Positions 53,376 to 55,909 of a stretch of 55,909 bases of DNA are shown in pieces. This stretch comes from a virus. Taxonomy: Duplodnaviria; Caudoviricetes. Positions within the stretch are counted from its first letter, which is position 1. Every line of letters starts with the position of its first letter. The stretch spans positions 1 to 55,909 of the IMG/VR virus record IMGVR_UViG_3300030380_000259; one strand, written 5' to 3'. The notes below the pieces were generated by a model. The model worked only from the letters and a program-made list of their open reading frames with translations, had not been told where the DNA came from and ran no database searches. Made by a program: the position numbers and the translations under genes.

Positions 53376-54932
53376 TTAATATCCAAAGGTTGAATCTGCT
53401 ACTGGCATACCACCGTTAGGTCTACCCATTGGGTCGTAGTCAAATATACTAAATCTAGGTCGTGACATTATTCCGTATCGCAACGCATCATACAAATGGT
53501 CTTCTGCTTTCGTGTCAATATCCTCTGGATTTTTCTTATCCAACGGCAATGAAGGCAATTGTGAGATAATGTCTGTGCAACTACTAAAGAAAACAAGTCT
53601 AGGCTCTTCTGTAAATTCATCAATCTGTAGTCGTCTATGTATTTCATTCTTACCAGAAACACGGCTACCTCTGCTTCTGTCTGATGGTCGCCATCTGCAA
53701 CCCTTCTGTATCATTTGCTCTGCAAGGCTAGGACCAGTATCGCCACGCTTATGCCAAAGAGAACTATCAAGCACACCATACTTAATATTGCCATCTTCAG
53801 CCTCTAACTCTAGTATCATATCAGCTAAGTCTGTAGCTAAGACTTTTGACACGTACAGTTCCCTGTACACAATGAGTTGTTCAGACGGACTGACAGCAAA
53901 CCATACAACAGCACTGTAAGACCCATACCCATAGTCACATGCTCTGAACTTAACCCAATTGTTAGGAATATTAAAAGGTTCAACAACATGAACATCACGA
54001 TTAAACTCAGTAAATGCCGCACCTTCTTTAATGTCCCAATCCCCATCCAAGAGTTGTCTTCGTTGTTGCTCTGGCAACGACAGGAGCATGGCTTCGTAGT
54101 CTCCAGCATCTGAGAGATAGGGGTTATCAGATAACCTAGCAGGTATAAACCGCCTCTTGAAAAGCGGTCGCCCAGCCCTGCTATGCCCTGCTGGATACTT
54201 GAGAATTTCACCTGTTTCAATATCTGTCGCATCAAATGCCTTTCCGTATGGTGCTGGGTCTATGAACATTTTCTTAACCCAATGATGACCTCTTCCACCC
54301 GGGTTTGTTGTTGCCCTCATAAAGATAGGCAAATCAGGGGCAGTGGACCTAAGACGAGAGCGCATATAGTTCCATGCGTATGGAGATTGCCATTGTGTTA
54401 ACTCGTCAAAGCCAATCCAGCTAAATGCTAGACCCTGATAACGCAGGACATCTTCATCTCTGTCAAGGTATGACATCCACAATCTCGCTCCAGATGGTGC
54501 TGTCCACTGCATTTTTCGTTCAGACCATTTTATGCCTGACCATATTTGTGGATACAACTCTTGTGATTTAAAAATAAGTTCACGAAGTTCTTCTGTTGTA
54601 TGTCGTAACAGCAATCCACTAAATGCTGGATGCCCCATGTATCGCAGTGGGTCAGCTAACATGGCATAGGATTTACCACCCCCTGCCGAACCACCATATA
54701 ATACTTCACGCTCACTAGCCGCTAGAAAATCTGTTTGAGGACCTTCATTTGGCTTAAATAACACATTAGCGTGTTCTTCTTCAAACTCTGTTTCATATGA
54801 AACATCTTCAATTATTTTAGGCTTTTGCGCCTGTTCTTTCTTCTTCAAGGGCTTTCGCTTTGGCGATTGCCGTTTCCGCATATTCTGCCCATTTGCGGAT
54901 GCTTGCAACTTTGTTCTTACGCTGTCGCTCAT
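53376..54932 (-). CDS. terL: Terminase large subunit (start uncertain)
   Basis: YGGSAGGGKS Walker A, IGFDELT Walker B, TTNPGG, DYG and DHLYDALRY nuclease motifs. Confidence 0.95.
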   Translation of the reverse strand: MSDSVRTKLQASANGQNMRKRQSPKRKPLKKKEQAQKPKIIEDVSYETEFEEEHANVLFKPNEGPQTDFLAASEREVLYGGSAGGGKSYAMLADPLRYMGHPAFSGLLLRHTTEELRELIFKSQELYPQIWSGIKWSERKMQWTAPSGARLWMSYLDRDEDVLRYQGLAFSWIGFDELTQWQSPYAWNYMRSRLRSTAPDLPIFMRATTNPGGRGHHWVKKMFIDPAPYGKAFDATDIETGEILKYPAGHSRAGRPLFKRRFIPARLSDNPYLSDAGDYEAMLLSLPEQQRRQLLDGDWDIKEGAAFTEFNRDVHVVEPFNIPNNWVKFRACDYGYGSYSAVVWFAVSPSEQLIVYRELYVSKVLATDLADMILELEAEDGNIKYGVLDSSLWHKRGDTGPSLAEQMIQKGCRWRPSDRSRGSRVSGKNEIHRRLQIDEFTEEPRLVFFSSCTDIISQLPSLPLDKKNPEDIDTKAEDHLYDALRYGIMSRPRFSIFDYDPMGRPNGGMPVADSTFGY

Positions 54933-55212
54933 TCTGTAACCGTTTCCTTAATCCTACGTGTGATATGTATCTATCGCTATTTGTACTCAACCAGTTAGCT
55001 ACCTCACGATAGCTGTATTGATTTACGTGCTGTCTAGCCTTTTCTAACAAATCTAACTCTGTCGGTATGGGGTCAAGAATATCAGGGTCTTCTTCGTTTT
55101 GTTTATATCCGAATGGTACAGTACGTGCTATGCGTGGTATCTGTACCCATTCGTTCTGTTCTTTAATATCTGTTGGTTGTGGAAGTTTCCACTTGCCTAT
55201 ACTACGTGTCAT
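54817..55212 (-). CDS. Recombinase-domain-like DNA-binding protein
   Basis: VPFGY...P...E...SYREVANWL...ISHVGL resembles the DNA-binding domain of large serine recombinases. Confidence 0.6.
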   Translation of the reverse strand: MTRSIGKWKLPQPTDIKEQNEWVQIPRIARTVPFGYKQNEEDPDILDPIPTELDLLEKARQHVNQYSYREVANWLSTNSDRYISHVGLRKRLQNERQRKNKVASIRKWAEYAETAIAKAKALEEERTGAKA

Positions 55213-55472
55213 CTTGCTTTATTTTTTGGTTTTAAATCTATTATAATTGTATCTTCTTCAGTGCTATTACTTTGTGCTTTTGGTGCTACACGATATTGTC
55301 CTATACTTTTACTTTCACCATAAGGTGAATTAGCTTTTAAACCTAAAATATTTAATTGCTTTTCAACTTCTCTAGCAGTTAACTTACCATTTTTATGTTT
55401 ATTAAATAGTGTTTTTGCTTTTTGTAAGTTTGTTTTTGAAATAAGACTTTTTAATATTTTTGATGTAGCCAT
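55209..55472 (-). CDS. Basic hypothetical protein
   Basis: TAATG coupling; Lys-rich; AT-rich DNA. Confidence 0.65.
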   Translation of the reverse strand: MATSKILKSLISKTNLQKAKTLFNKHKNGKLTAREVEKQLNILGLKANSPYGESKSIGQYRVAPKAQSNSTEEDTIIIDLKPKNKAR

Positions 55473-55843
55473 TAATCATCCTCACTTACTGCTTTAGGTG
55501 GCATAAGCATAACACCACCGCTTGCTTCTACCTGCATTTTTTCTGTCTTCACCAAACCTGAACGGTCTAATAGTTCTTTAGCCGCTGACATCTTGTCACG
55601 TATGCCTAGTTCTGTTGGGTCATACAATGCACCTGTCATAGCCATAGCCGCCTTTGGTGCGTTACGTGCCATGTACATAGATGTAGCTTCTAGTATTTCA
55701 TCCTTTAGTCCTTTGACAATAGAGGTAGTTGGTGTATTGTCTGCATACCCAGCAATCTTCTTTGCCTGTACAACATCACCATTTGCTTCTTCAAAAAGAA
55801 CCGCAAGAAACTTTTGCTGTCTTTCATTTAACTGTCGTGTCAT
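55472..55843 (-). CDS. Terminase small subunit-like protein
   Basis: LNERQQKFL...A...AGY HTH; AAKELLDR motif; upstream of TerL. Confidence 0.65.
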   Translation of the reverse strand: MTRQLNERQQKFLAVLFEEANGDVVQAKKIAGYADNTPTTSIVKGLKDEILEATSMYMARNAPKAAMAMTGALYDPTELGIRDKMSAAKELLDRSGLVKTEKMQVEASGGVMLMPPKAVSEDD

Positions 55844-55909
55844 GCCATCTCTCCAGTAGCCATAGCGTGAGCCAAACGTGTGCTACGTCCTTTTACCTGC
55901 CTTGCCCAC
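55625..55909. repeat. Terminal overlap, copy 2
   Basis: Matches 1-285 with 17 substitutions. Confidence 0.97.

Larger units (their letters stand above)
1..55909. mobile_element. Complete/near-complete HMO-2011-type podophage genome (circularly permuted contig)
   Basis: Terminal overlap. Full set of terminase, portal, capsid, tail, lysis and replication genes. PolA carries a DnaJ-type zinc-finger insertion. Integrase, class II RNR and MazG present; no RNAP recognised. Size ~55.6 kb. Confidence 0.88.

Noticed and set aside
53884-53891. Sixth copy of the palindromic box
   Set aside because: Only the GACGGACT half is present, inside terL; compatible with chance.

Overview
The window is an essentially complete (circularly permuted) ~55.6 kb genome of a tailed marine dsDNA podophage. 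Positions 1-285 recur, with 17 mismatches, at 55625-55909. Several features point to the HMO-2011-type group infecting marine Alphaproteobacteria (SAR116/Roseobacter/SAR11-like hosts): a family A DNA polymerase with a DnaJ-type CxxCxGxG insertion, a tyrosine integrase, primase, helicase, class II ribonucleotide reductase and MazG, and no RNA polymerase. Two arms diverge from a control region at ~5510-6290 and converge on a terminator at ~25930. The + arm carries early, DNA-modification and replication genes. The - arm carries small basic proteins, lysis, terminase, portal, capsid, tail and ejection genes. The most unusual signals are: (1) about 30 short, mostly triloop, inverted repeats saturating the control region and the whole first early gene; (2) an exact 18-bp palindromic box repeated five times only in the first 2.7 kb of the early arm, two copies bracketing a three-hairpin non-coding element; (3) a SET-domain lysine methyltransferase translationally coupled to an unannotated 49-aa Lys/Met/Gly histone-tail-like peptide, within a cluster of very basic proteins; (4) a recurrent hydrophobic-x-x-GG motif across late proteins; (5) near-total purging of GATC, GGCC, CCGG and CCWGG, with survivors only where the protein sequence forces them. 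All counts are by eye. Family names come from recalled motifs, not from database searches.
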